Origin: Chiloscyllium plagiosum
Taxonomy: Eukaryota
Assembly: GCF_004010195.1 (NCBI RefSeq)
Contig: NC_057717.1
Location: 103,320,522-103,384,291, forward strand
DNA length: 63,770 bases
Direction of reading: 5' to 3'
The notes under the pieces are model-generated. The model did no database searches. It worked only from the letters and a program-made list of their open reading frames with translations, and had not been told where the DNA came from. Below are positions 11,803 through 24,340 of this stretch, one piece after another (the stretch's first letter is position 1; every line of letters starts with the position of its first letter). The position numbers were made by a program, and so were the translations under genes.

Positions 11803-12595
11803 ATAGAATCATTGAGTCATTGAGCAAGGAAACAGACCCTTCGATTCAACTCATCCATGCTGACCAGATATCCCAAATTAATCTAGTCCCATTTGCCAGC
11901 ATTTAGCCCATGTCTCTCTAAACACTTCCTATCCATATACCCATCCAGATGCCTTTTAAATGTTGTAATTGTACCAACTTCCACCATTTCCTCTGGCAGC
12001 TCATACACGCACCACCCTCTGCGTGAAAAAGTCCCTTTTAAACTTTACCCCTCTCACCCTAAACATATGCCCTCTAGCTTTGGATACCCCTACACTGAGA
12101 AAAAGACTTTGCCTATTTACCCTGTCCATGCCCCTCATGATTTTGTAAACCTCTATAAGAGGTTTACACTCCAGGGAAAACAGCCCCAGCCTCTCTATAG
12201 CTCAAACCCTCCAATCCTGGCAATATCCTTGTAAATCTTTTCTGAACCCTTTCAAGTTTCACAACATCCTTCCTATATCAGGGAGACCAGAATTGCACAC
12301 GTATTCCAAAAGTAGTCTAACCAACGTCCTGTATAGCCACAACATGATCTCCCAACTCCTATACTTGATGCTTTGACTAATAAAGGTAAATATAGCAAAC
12401 GCCTTCTTCACCATCCTATCTACTGCGACTCCACCATCGGGGAACTATGAACTTGCATTGGAAGGTCTCTTTGTATTGCAACACTCCCCAGGACCTTACC
12501 ATTAACTGTGTATGTCAGTGCCCCGATTTGGCTTTCCAAAATACAGTACCTCACATTTATCTAAATTAACCTCCATCTGCCACTCCACAGCCCAT
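11803..12595 (-). mobile_element. HER1/CR1 LINE 3' fragment
   Basis: Homologous to 6557-6912 and 23090-24150. Confidence 0.85.
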
Positions 12596-12829
12596 ATACC
12601 CTTTCTATATTTTTGCAATCTCCTTTTTTTAAAATACAGAACAAACTTCCTTTCAATGGGATCTTATAGTTTCTGCCTCCATCATTACCTCTGTGGGACA
12701 AAACAAGTTCTCCCTTTGAGAAAGAGTGTTAAAACAAAGCTCAGGGGTGCAGAATGCCCTGGCCTCATCCCAACAAAGTCGGAGGCAAATATTAAACCCT
12801 TAAACCTCAACAATCCAACTGCAACAAGG

Positions 12830-13565
12830 ATAGAAACCACCCCCTCCCCCCACCAGTCCTCACCTTCCACCCCACTAGTCTCTGGATACAGTGCGTTATC
12901 CTCTGCCATTTCCACACCAGAGATATATTTCCCTTCCCAACCCTATTGACATTCCGCAGAGAATATTACCTCTGCAACGCCCTCGTTAGATCCACACGTC
13001 CCACCTTCCCTTGCCACCACAAGAGGTGTAAAACCTGCATCCACACCTCCCCCCACACCTTATCCAAGGCCCCAGAGGATCCCTCCACATCTGGCAGAGA
13101 TTTTCCTGCACGTTTCACTTACCTCGTGTACTGTGTCCGTTGGTCTCAATGTGCTCTCCTCTATATCAGGGAGCCAGAACGCCAACTCACAGAACATTTC
13201 AGGGAACATCTCTGGGAAATACGCACCAAACAACCCCATCGCCTTGTGGCCAATCACTTCAACTCCCCCTCCCACTCCACCAAGGACATGCAAGTCCTGC
13301 GCCTCCTCCACTACCAAATCCAAGCAACCCATCTCTTGGAAGAAGAACACCATATCCTCTCCCTTGGGACTCTTTAACCACATGGCATTAACATCGATTT
13401 CACCAGTTTCCTCATCTCCCCTCCCTCAACCTTTCTCTCAACCCCCTTCCCCCACCTCCTCCCTACATTCCTGATGAAGTGCTTATGCTTGAAATGTCGA
13501 TTCTCCGGCTCCTCGGATGCTTCCTGACCTGCTGTGCTTTTCCAGCACCACACTCTCGACTGCTG
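12830..13565 (+). mobile_element. PLE family A 3' fragment: GIY-YIG endonuclease remnant plus hammerhead terminal repeat
   Basis: ORF 12946-13377 contains FPCHHKRCKTC..LVYCVRWSQCALLYIRE..RQLTEHFREH..VANHFNSPSHS..LGTL (Cys linker plus GIY-YIG with CCHH-type residues, as in Penelope/Neptune elements). It is followed by cattcCTGATGAagtgcttatgcttGAAAtgTCgatt at about 13466-13503. Confidence 0.85.
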
Positions 13566-14359
13566 CATTCCCTCTAACAGTGAGGATACATCAACAGTAT
13601 TTGACATGTCTGTGAAGTGCTGAGCTCTGGCATAAATGTGAGTCCTACTTTCTCGTTAATCTGAGCCACACCTATCTTCTTCCTGTTTGTATTAACCACG
13701 TTCCAGTCCAGTGCCTTTTTCCTTGACCCCTAACAATTAGCTGGTTAATTGCCTTGAAAGGCTCACTCTCTCATTCCCCTTATGAAAGGTTCAAGGCAAT
13801 ACTTCTCTCACTGCCTCAAGATTTTAGCAAACATTTCTGGGTCACAAAGATTATTTATGTAACTTGTTTTAAAAAAAATACTCTAGTGGCAACGGAGGAA
13901 AGCAAGATACTTGTGGGACATTTATCGCAGGCTTCATTACATATTAATCAGGCAGATGGCTGTACAACAACTTCTGCAAATGTTCATAATGTAGGACAAT
14001 TCAATAATGCAAGCAGATGGCCTCTGATTATTCGCAATCTCCTTTTTCAAGGGGAACTCATTTTTACTCATTTATATTCCTGCCTGTGAATGTTTCCACT
14101 TTCTCAGGAGATAAGCATTTTGGATATCTGGGAGATCAGATCCAAGGGAAGTTGTGGGTGGCTCCTGTTCCTTTTCCAACGGGAATCAGTGGCACTCCAA
14201 CTCTTTGCTGGATGCTCTTCAGGATCAGAGGCTCTGTCTGCCTCTTAAGTGGGGCAAAGGGGGGGGAGGTCTCACTCTGTTTTGGAGGGTCCTACCTCGC
14301 TGGTCTGTCTGGGTAGCGGCATTTGTCAATGCAAGTCAACTGGACATCCCTCACTAAGG

Positions 14360-14550
14360 AGAAAGTGAGGACTGCAGATGCTGGAGATCAGAGCTGAAAA
14401 ATGTGTTGCTGGAAAAGCGCAGCAGGTCAGGCAGCATCCGAGGAACAGGAGATTAAGGGCTGAAGAAGGGCTTATGCCCGAAACATCGATTCTCCTGCTC
14501 CTTTGATGCTGCCTGACCTGCTGCGCTTTTCCAGCAACACATTTTTCATC
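14360..14550. mobile_element. PLE family A fold-back unit with 8-bp TSD
   Basis: Inverted arms; TSD cactaagg at 14352-14359 and 14551-14558; loop contains CTGAAGAagggcttatgcccGAAAcaTC. Confidence 0.8.
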
Positions 14551-16309
14551 CACTAAGGGCATTGTGGGTCTACCTACAGCACTTGGACTGCAGTGGATCA
14601 AGAAGGCAGCTCACCCCCATCTTCTCAAGGGGCAACTAGGGATGGGTAATAAATGCTGGTCCACATTCCATGTGAATAAAACAAAAGACTCAGGCACACT
14701 GGCTTCCCAAACGACTGGTGTGGGTCACCCTAGCTTTAGTGGTGGGATAGGACATGAGGGTGACTGTCACCCCAATCACCACATTGGCTCCCCTCACAAC
14801 CAACGCACAGTAGCAGCAGTGTGTACCATCTCCAAGATGCACTGCAGAAATTCACCAAATCTCATCCAACAGCACCTTCTGAATCTACTCCCTGGGCAGC
14901 GGATGTATGGGAACACCATCCCGTGTAAATTCCCCTCCAAGCCACTCACCATCCCGACTTGGAAATATACCAGCCCGTTCCTTCTGTGTCGCTGGATCAA
15001 AATCCTGGAACTCCCTCAGAAAAGATTTCCAAGGATGTTGCCAGGGTTGGAGGGTTTGAGCTATAGGGAGAGGCTGAATATGCTGGGGCTGTTTTCCCAG
15101 GAGTGTTTGAGGCTGAGGGGTGGACTGACACCGTGGAAGCAGAGTCACTGTTGTAATGTGGGAAGCCTTCCACTCGATTTATGCACAGCAAGATCTCACA
15201 AACAGCAACATGCTTACAACCAGATGGTCTGTTTTTAGTGAAGTTGGTTCTGCCCTCCTGCGGTCTGACAATCAGCCAAATTCTCCCAGCTCTGGCCCCA
15301 TGAGCATTTCTGATGTTAATCACTGTACTGTTATTCATGGCCGTGTTTTCAGACACCAGGCTTTCTGGAACTAAGTCCCTCCACCTCTCTCTCTCTCTCC
15401 TCCTCTAAGGCCCGTCTTAGAACTTACCCCTCTCACCTAGCTTCTGGTCACCTATTCTAACCCCCTCCCGAACAGCACTGCAGGTACCCCTTCATCTGAT
15501 GGACTTTAGTTATTCGAGAAGATGGCTCAGCACCACCTTCACAAGGACAATTAGAAACAGGCAATAAACACTGGGCCAGCCAATGACATCCAGGTCCCAT
15601 CAATAAATAAACAAAATCTCCTGAGTGTATATTCTGAAAATGATGGATTGCTTCCCCACTGACCACCTAGAAAGTGATACATAGCCAGTTTCAGTGTTGC
15701 TTCCACAACTTGCTGTAATCTGAAACTGTCATATTATCATTTCCACTGCCTTTTCTAAAATGGCACTGGTCTGTCCCACAGTCATCCACGAAAAATAAAA
15801 TAATCTCATCTCCTACTTATTGCAACACAAACAGAAACGAAAGAGAAAAAGATTAGAAAGCGCTGCCTGATGATAACTTTGTAAAGTGACCCACAAGCCA
15901 CCTCATGGAGAAATATATGTGAAAAACATACAGGGCTAATGGGAAAGGTTTTTATGTCATAATGAACAAATTATTGCATAAAAGTTAAATATCATAGAAT
16001 ATTAGAGAGGGAGTTCGGATCGCTCAAAAAGACCCAGCGCAGTCATGATTGGTTGAATCCGTACAGGTCAGTAATTTCAGCAAGCACAGTTCCCAAACTA
16101 AGCAGCTGCACGCTCAGCAACCACTCCAATCCCGCTGGATGTTCACGACTCACAAAGTCTTCAGCAGTCAACCCCTGCAGGCCTGGACCAGCCTTGTCTC
16201 AGACCACATGGGAAATGGTAAGTCTGTCATCATCATGGGCTCTTTGGCAGGCTTTTCAGATCAATAGGCCTCTCAGATTCCATTTTGTGGATGGCGACTC
16301 AGAGGCAAG

Positions 16310-16885
16310 CACACCCACACACTCACCCACACGCACACCCACACACACACACCCTCTCACACACACATACATACACTCACACACACACACACTCGCATAT
16401 ACACCCACACGCNNNNNNNNNNNNNNNNNNNNNNNNNNNNNNNNNNNNNNNNNNNNNNNNNNNNNNNNNNNNNNNNNNNNNNNNNNNNNNNNNNNNNNNN
16501 NNNNNNNNNNNNNNNNNNNNNNNNNNNNNNNNNNNNNNNNNNNNNNNNNNNNNNNNNNNNNNNNNNNNNNNNNNNNNNNNNNNNNNNNNNNNNNNNNNNN
16601 NNNNNNNNNNNNNNNNNNNNNNNNNNNNNNNNNNNNNNNNNNNNNNNNNNNNNNNNNNNNNNNNNNNNNNNNNNNNNNNNNNNNNNNNNNNNNNNNNNNN
16701 NNNNNNNNNNNNNNNNNNNNNNNNNNNNNNNNNNNNNNNNNNNNNNNNNNNNNTACAGTCACACACATACCCACATATACACACACACATTCACATACAC
16801 ACACACACACACACTCACATACACATACACAGCCACACACACACTCACGCACTCATCCCACACGCACACAAATATACAAACACAC
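16310..16885. repeat. Imperfect (CA)n-rich microsatellite spanning an assembly gap
   Basis: CA-rich sequence on both sides of 341 N (16413-16753). Confidence 0.9.
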
Positions 16886-17352
16886 ATGTCCAGGTTGATG
16901 CACATTTGTAGACACCTGTTGTTATGAACCCTGAATTGTAATTCTGCGCACACACCTTTGTGGAACAGAGTGATAACAGGTCACATCATGAGCTCAAGAA
17001 ACCAGAGGGAGGAAAGAGAATAGTGATGTGGATATTAAAGGGAGATTGGACAGCAGTTTTCAAAGCTATGAGAAGTGTGGACAGAATAAATGGAGAGAAA
17101 CTAGTTTTCCTTGACAGAAGGATGAGGAATCAGGGGATGGCAGACAATGACAATTAGGAAATCCCACCCGAGAGTGCAGGGGGAGACAAATTCAATCCTG
17201 GCTTTCACAGGAGAATTGGGTAATTATTCAAAGAGATTCGGTTTGTCAGCCCATGCTAAAAGGTGGGACAATGACACTACGTAAGTTATTCTTACAGAGG
17301 GCCAGCATGGATCCACAGGCCTAATGGCCTCCTTTTGTACTGTAATCATTCT

Positions 17353-17505
17353 TAGCGTGTTTTGAAAAGATTTATAGCTCAGGTTGAGGTTCTGGATGTA
17401 GGTTTGCTCGCTGAGCTGGAAGGTTCATTTCCAGACATTTCGTCACCCTACTAGTAATATCTTCATTGAGCCTCTGGGCAAAGCACTTCTGACGATTCCT
17501 GCTTT
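17353..17505 (-). mobile_element. PLE-type terminal repeat family E with degenerate hammerhead and 13-bp TSD
   Basis: TSD ctgtaatcattct at 17340-17352 and 17506-17518. Reverse complement of 17431-17470 is ctca-ATGAAGA-tattactagtagggtgac-GAAA-tg-TC-tgg. Confidence 0.6.
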
Positions 17506-18744
17506 CTGTAATCATTCTGCTAAATTTCTATAACGTTTTTACAGCACTGCTACAGCGCAAAAGGAGGCCATTCGGCCCATTGTGCCTGCACCAATCCTAT
17601 GATCTAATGCCAATCTGCCTTTTCCCTAAAGGCTTGCACATTATTTCTAACCAAACAGTCATCCAGTGCCCTCTCGAATGACTCAGTTGAACCTGCCTCC
17701 ACCACACTGCCAGGAAGGGCATTCCATGCCATCCCATTACCATTCCTTCAGTGTCACAGCAGCCGAGTCCTCGAACCCCATTCCCTAACCACACTCTAGA
17801 GGCATCTATGTCACTACGTCCGCACCATCTGCTACCATTTAAGTCAATCCAGAATGTATCTGCCCCTTGGTCAGTTAATGTGCTGTGGTTTAATGTATGA
17901 TAGCAACCACACTGTTGATACTTTAACCTTGCTTTTAGAAGATACTAAAGAATTGGAGAGACATTGTCAATCTAAGTCAGAACCAAGTCAGCTCTGGTTG
18001 TGGTTGTGGTGGTGGTTGTGATTCTCAGATCTCCAGCATCTGCAGTCCTCACTTTCTCCTGGTTGAGATTCTTAAGACATGCTGAGATTCAGACACAAGA
18101 TCTCACAACCCCGCTGCAGGGGATTGTCATTTGTCCAGTGGTCCATATGCCAACAAAATATCAACAAAGAATCTCGATAATTGGCATTCCAGGGGTGGAA
18201 CACAGAATATGAACGACAAGCACCTTTCTGTCGGTATTTGAATGTGTGTTCACGATCAACGGTGTGATTTAATTCCGGCAGCTTTACTCTAATCTTCCAT
18301 GACTCTGAGCAGGCACGCAGCTGATCAACGTTAAAAGGATAGCTTTGCTTCTGTGACCTTACAATTCCCTCAGGTTATTCTTGCTGCAGCTGTGCTGGGA
18401 TTAACCTTGCTAGTTACTTCCAATTCCGACCTCGCCCACGTTTGCAGGGTCACTGAGAGGATATTTAATTTGCGCAACACAAGCACAAATCCACATCGCA
18501 GCAGAAACTTGACAGATCCAGCCACTCAGGTCAGCTGCTGCGAATTCTGTGACACGTAACTCCCTTCCTGAGCCCCCACCCAAAGCCTCTCCACCATCTG
18601 CAAGACACGGGTCTAGAGTGTGATGGAATACTCCCCACTTGCCTGGATGAAAGCAGCTCCAGCAACACTCAAGAGCTGCCTACCATCCATTTGATTGGCA
18701 CTACCTTCAACATCCATTCCCTTTGCTCAGAATGGCAGCAGTGG

Positions 18745-19215
18745 ATACAGAAAAGGGTTACCAGGATGTTGCCTGGTATGGGGGATTTTAGCTCTGAAGG
18801 AAGGTTGGATAGACTGGGTTTGTTTTCACTGGAACGCAGGAGGTTGAGCGGGTGAACCGATAGAAGTCTATAAGATTGTGAATGGCATGGACAGAGTGGG
18901 AAGTATGAGGTGTTTTCCCAGGGTGGGCGGGTCACTACTCAGGGACACAGGTTAAAGGTACAGGATGGGGGGATGTTTCAAAGAGATGAGGCAGGTTTTT
19001 CACACAAAGGGGGGTGAGTGCCTGGAACACACTGCCAGAGGAGGTGGTGGAAGCAGATACAACAGCAGCTTTCAAGAAGCACCTGGACAGATACATGAAT
19101 TGGAAGGGGATAGAGGGATACGGATCCTGTAAGTGAAGACAGTTTCAGTATGGAAGGGAAAAATGTATCAGCGCAGGCTTGGAGGGCCAAAGGGCCATTT
19201 CCAGCATTGTCTTGT
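18745..19215 (+). mobile_element. CR1 LINE 3' fragment
   Basis: accaggatgttgcctggtatgg...actgccagaggaggtggtggaagcag, the CR1 ORF2 C-terminus. Confidence 0.75.
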
Positions 19216-19569
19216 TTTTTATTCAGTGTGAAACGTCTATAAGATACACGTCAGAAAGCTCCTCTAACAGCACCATTCAAACCCACAACCTCTACCAACA
19301 GGATTCTTGGAGCACCATCTCTTACACGTTCCCTTCCAAACCACTCACCATCCTGATTTGGAAAAATATCATCATTCCTTCACTGTTATGGAGTCAATAT
19401 CCTGGAATCCCCTCCCTGACAGCACTGTCAGTGGACGATACCATGTAGATTGCAGTGGCTCAAGAAGGTTGCTCATCTCCATGTTCTGATGGGACATTCG
19501 ACCTGAGCAATAAATACTGACTGTGCCAATAACACTCACATCCCTTAAAAAGGAGGGGAGACAACATCT

Positions 19570-20030
19570 CCATGCTTAACTGAGATGGAAGGTTTGACAT
19601 ATGAAGACAGGTTGCTTCAGTTAGGACTATATTCACCTGAGCTTAGAGGAATGAGGAGGGAATTTCATAGAAACTGATTAAATTTTAACAGGACAGAACA
19701 GTGTAAATGCAGGAAGGGTGCACCCAATGACGAAGGTTTTCGGAACCAGTGGTTATATTCTAAGGAAATGGGGTAAGCCATTTCAGACTGAAATGAGGAG
19801 GAATGTCTTCGCCCAGAGAGTTGGGGGGTTCTGTGGAATTCTGTGCCACAGAAAGTGGTTGACGCCAAAACATTGAATGTTTTCAAGAAGGAATTAGATA
19901 CAGTTCTTAGGGCTAAAGGGATCAAGGGAGAAAGCAGGAACAGGGGACTGAGTTGGATGGTTAGCCATGATCTAATTGAATAGTGGAGCAGACTCAAAGG
20001 GCCGAGTGGCCTACCCCTACTCTTATTTTC
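19570..20030 (+). mobile_element. CR1 LINE 3' fragment
   Basis: Degenerate CR1 C-terminus and tail, related to 62150-62440. Confidence 0.7.
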
Positions 20031-20309
20031 AGTTGAAGCAACTTGTAATTACTTACCATAGTGAATGACCTCTTCCTGTGCCACAGATACAGTGTAACCA
20101 TCTACTGTAGCTCTGGAAAGCCTCTGATTGGCTGCCCCACTCAGAGACCCCACCTACCAACATGCCAATTACTGGAAGGCTCCTCAGTCAAAAACCCAAT
20201 GAGTGATGGTTTCCTCATGGGAAAGGGGTGAGAGAGGGTCTGTGAGCCAGAAACAGTCCCTATTCCTGTTTCCTAATCTAAAGAACCTTAACCCTGAGAA
20301 TAAGGGGCT

Positions 20310-20830
20310 ACATAGAGTCATAGAGATGTACAGCACGGAAACAGACCTCTTGGTCCCAACCCGTCCATGCTGACCAGATATCCCAACCCAATCTAGTCCC
20401 ACCTGCCAGCACTTGGCCCATATCCCTCCATAACCATCCTATTCATGTACCCATCCAAATGCCTTTTAAATGTTGCAATGATACTAGCCTCCACCACTTC
20501 CTCTGGCAGCTTATTCCATACACATACCACCCTCTGCATGAAAAAGTTGCCCCTTAGGTCTCTTTTGTATCTTTCCCCTCTTACCCTAATCCTATGCCCT
20601 CTAGTTCTGGACTCCCCCACCCCAAGGAAGAGACTTTGTCTATTTATCCTATCCATGCCCCTCGTGATTTTTTAGACCTCTATAAGGTCACCCCTCAGCC
20701 TCCGACGCTCCAGCGAAAACAACCCCAGCCTACCCAACCTCTCTCTATAGCTCAAATCCTCCAACCCTGGCAACATCCTTGTAAATCTTTTCTGAACCCT
20801 TTCAAGTTTCACAACGTCCTTCTGATAGGA
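20310..20830 (-). mobile_element. HER1/CR1 LINE 3' end
   Basis: ORF 20393-20656: ESRTRGHRIRVRGERYKRDLRGNFFMQRVVCVWNKLPEEVVEA. Confidence 0.85.
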
Positions 20831-21349
20831 TGAGCAAGTTTCAGCTGCCTACCCAACACTCGCATCACTATTCTCAGTTGTATATGGGCAGAGTATTATT
20901 TGTCCAATGTAACAAACAGACGTACTAACAGTCCTTAGTGGGAGACTGAGCTAAACGTGCCAGAATGTCCCAGGCTTTATGACTGCACTGAATTAGCTGA
21001 TTTCAGCTAATGTGAAGGGAGAAATGTTACCATCACCAGTGAGCATATGGAGCTCCAGTCAAGATGGTCTCGGTTGTGATGCTCTCAAAGAAAATAAGGA
21101 AAATATTTTCATTTTTATAGAACCTTGGTATGTTCCCCAAAGTGCTTTTACACCCTTTACGCTTACTATTGTAGTAATTTCTTATAATGTCGGAGATACA
21201 GCAGGCAATCTGTGCACAGCAAGCCCCCATGAAGCTCCCAGTACCATTGAGATGAGCTAATCTGTTTCACTGGTTTGATTGATGGATAGATACCAGGCAG
21301 GAGCCCAGGGCAAATGTTTCGGCTTCTCTTCCAGATAGTGCCCTGGGAA

Positions 21350-21585
21350 AGCAAAAGCTCAATCACGTGTACCAACAGATTCAAGAACAACTTCTTCCCA
21401 CTGTTACTTGACTCTTGAAAGAACCTCTCAAATTTTAAATTTAATGTTGATCTCGCTCTTCTGTGCAGCCATAACATTGTATTCCTCACACTGTTCCATT
21501 ACCCTAATGCACTTTGTGTGCTATGGTCTGCCTGTCCTGCAAGACAGAACTTTTCACTGTGCCTAGGTACATGTTACAATAATGG
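21350..21585 (+). mobile_element. REX1/Babar-like LINE 3' end
   Basis: accaacagattcaagaacaacttcttccca encodes TNRFKNNFFP, a REX1-type C-terminal motif. Related tails lie at 41605-41800 (+) and 44385-44790 (-). Confidence 0.55.
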
Positions 21586-22764
21586 ACCAACTCAAAATAT
21601 TTTTCAAGGATTTCAGTGTCATGACTCATCCATGCACCTGTGACAGTGCACCTCTCCCTCACTCAATACTACACTGGGTGTGTCAGTCTCAATCCTTGTG
21701 CATAGGTTTCTTGAGCGAGAGACTCAAAAGCACAAAAACTGAGCTGACACCCTATCAGCGGAGAGTCGGTGTAAACCGTGGACCGAGTAATCAGACATAG
21801 CTTCCAGCTTCATACATGGATCCCTCTCTGGACTGTGTGGGTTGCTGAATATATTCGTCATTCTCTGGGGGTGGCGAGAATGCTTGATCACATTCCCTTA
21901 GCAGGTGAAACTCTAACACCAGAGAGAGTCAGGGCTGGCTAGATGGGGCTAGGGGATCAAGAGCATCTTGGAGGGGAACCCATCTGTAAGAGACATAAAG
22001 TCTGTGTTTAAACTAAACTGCTGAAAGCTGGTGGAAGGGTGCGTGATGGAGATGTTCAGCATCAAAGTAATTGAGGTGAAAGCTGCTGTTCAAGGGCATG
22101 ATTTGGAAAGAGCTGGGATTTCATTCGATGGTCATTTCCCATGATTGATAGGACTGAGTCCCTGTCTGTTTGCACAGGGCTGCAGACTGGTGATACAGCA
22201 GAATGCAAATCAGAAAATATTCAACTTGACCAATGCTTCTGGTGGTGAGATTATCTGTCCCTGCAGGACTCTATGTTATTGACAATTGGATTGATTAGCA
22301 AGATGTATAGATATGTCCAGAAGTAGATTACAAGGTTATGGCACTAACTAATAGAAAACTTCCCAAACTGAAAACATCAAATCAAAGTGCTTCCCAGAGC
22401 TTTAACAAATAATCATTTTCATTTGTCACTTCTTGAATTCATTGCCTCTTATCTTCTTAGCTGTTCACTGTTCAAGATGTCCTGGTAGTTTAATTTCTTC
22501 AAAGCTCTTCATTGGCTGTATAGCGTTTAGTATCTGAATGCAAGCCCTCTCTTTCTTTGACAGAGAAGTTATAAAGTCATTGAGTTTTCTTTTAAGGCAC
22601 AGTAGGAAGCCCTTTGGCTATTCCAGTTTGTATCAATCATCAAGCACCTTTGTATTCTAATCCTATTTTCCAGCGCTTTGCCTGCAGTTTTATATGCGTT
22701 TCAAGTGCTAATCTAAATACATCTTAAATGTCTTGAGTGTTTCTGCCTCGACCAATCTTTCAAG

Positions 22765-24340
22765 ATCATAAAACCATTAGACTTAGGAGGAGAAATAGGC
22801 CATTCAGTCCCTTGTGCCTGCTCTGCTATTCAATGAGATCATGGCAAGGTCTGATAATCCTCAACTCCACGTTCCTGTCTTTTTCCCATTACCCTCGATT
22901 CCCCTTCTGATGAAAAACCTGCTGATCTCAGATTTGAAAGTACTTAATGGCCAAGTTTCAACAGCCCTCCGTGGTAAAGAATTCCCCAAATTCACTCCTC
23001 TCTGAGCAAGAAATTCTTCCCCATCTCCATCTTAAATGTATGACCCCTTACTCTGAAATAATGCCCTCTGGTTCTAGACTCTCCCACAATAGAGTTATAG
23101 AGTCATAGAGATGCACAACATGGAAACAGAACTCTTTGTCCAACTCGTCCATGCCGACCAGATATCCTAACCTAAACTAGTCCCATTTGCCAGCATTTGG
23201 TCCATATGCCTCTAAAGCCATCTTATTCATGTACCCATTCAGATGCCTTTTAAATGCTGTGCTTGTACATGTCTCCACCACTTTCTCTGGCAGCTCGTTC
23301 CGTACATGCACCACCCTCTGCATAAAAAAGTTGCACCTTAAATCCTTTATAAATCTTTCACCTCTCACCCTAACCCTATGCCCTCTAGTTCTGGACTCCC
23401 CCCACTCCAGGGAAAAGACCTTGTCTATTCATCCTATCCATGCCCCTCATGATTTTATAAACCTCTGTAAGGTCACCCCTCAACCTCCAATGCTCCAGAG
23501 AAAACAGCCCCAGCCTATTTAGCCTCTCTCTTTAGCTCAGGCCCTCCAACCCTGGCAATATCCTTGTAAATATTTTCTGAATCCTTTCAAGTTTCATAAC
23601 ATCCTTTAGGGAAACCAGAATTGCACACAATATTTCAAAGGTGGCCTAACCAATGTCCTGTACAGCCACAACATGACCTCCCAACTCCTATACTCAGTGC
23701 ACTGACCAATACAGGCAAGCGTACTAAATGCCTTCTTCACTATCCTACATGCAACAACACTTTCAAGAAACTATGAACCTGCACTCCAAGGTCCCTTTGT
23801 TTAGTAGCACTCCCCAGGACCTTACCATTAAGTGTATAAGTCCTGCCCTAGTTTGTCTTCCCAAAATGCAGCACCTCACATTTATCTAAATTTTACTCCA
23901 TCTGCCACTCCTGGCCCATTGGCCCATCTGATCAAGGTCCCATTGTACTCTGAGATAACCCGCTTCACTGTCCACTACACCTCCAATTTTGCTGTTATCT
24001 GCACACCTCCTATGTTCATGTCCAAATCATTTATATAAATGACGAAAAGCAGTGGACCCAGCACCGATCCTTGTGGCACTCTGCTGAAAGACTGAAAAGC
24101 AACCCTCTTTCTCCTAACTTCAAGCTAGTTCTGTATCCAAATTGCTAAGGGGAAACAACCTATGGACATTGACTCCATCAAGCCCCCTTAGAATCTTGTA
24201 GGTCTCAAAAAAGTCACCCCTGATTCTTCCAAATTCCTACAAGTACAGGCCCAATCTATTACTTCCCTCATGAGACTGCTCTTCCATACCTGAGCTCAGC
24301 TGAGCGAACCTTCTCTGGACTGTCTTGGATGCCAATGTAT
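22765..24340 (-). mobile_element. Nested CR1 LINEs (HER1 fragment 23090-24148 inside an older CR1)
   Basis: The outer CR1 breaks at ...ctcccaca (about 23088) and resumes at aggggaaacaacc (about 24148). The inner copy encodes RGERFIKDLRCNFFMQRVVHVRNELPE and a [14 protein letters not shown] motif. Confidence 0.8.

Noticed and set aside
14564..15238. 224-aa ORF
   Set aside because: It is a chance fusion across several LINE fragments (including RFPRMLPGLEGLSYRERL) and not a coherent protein.
16053..16911. Long ORFs across the first gap (likewise 55607-56311)
   Set aside because: Artefacts of N runs and CA-repeat sequence.
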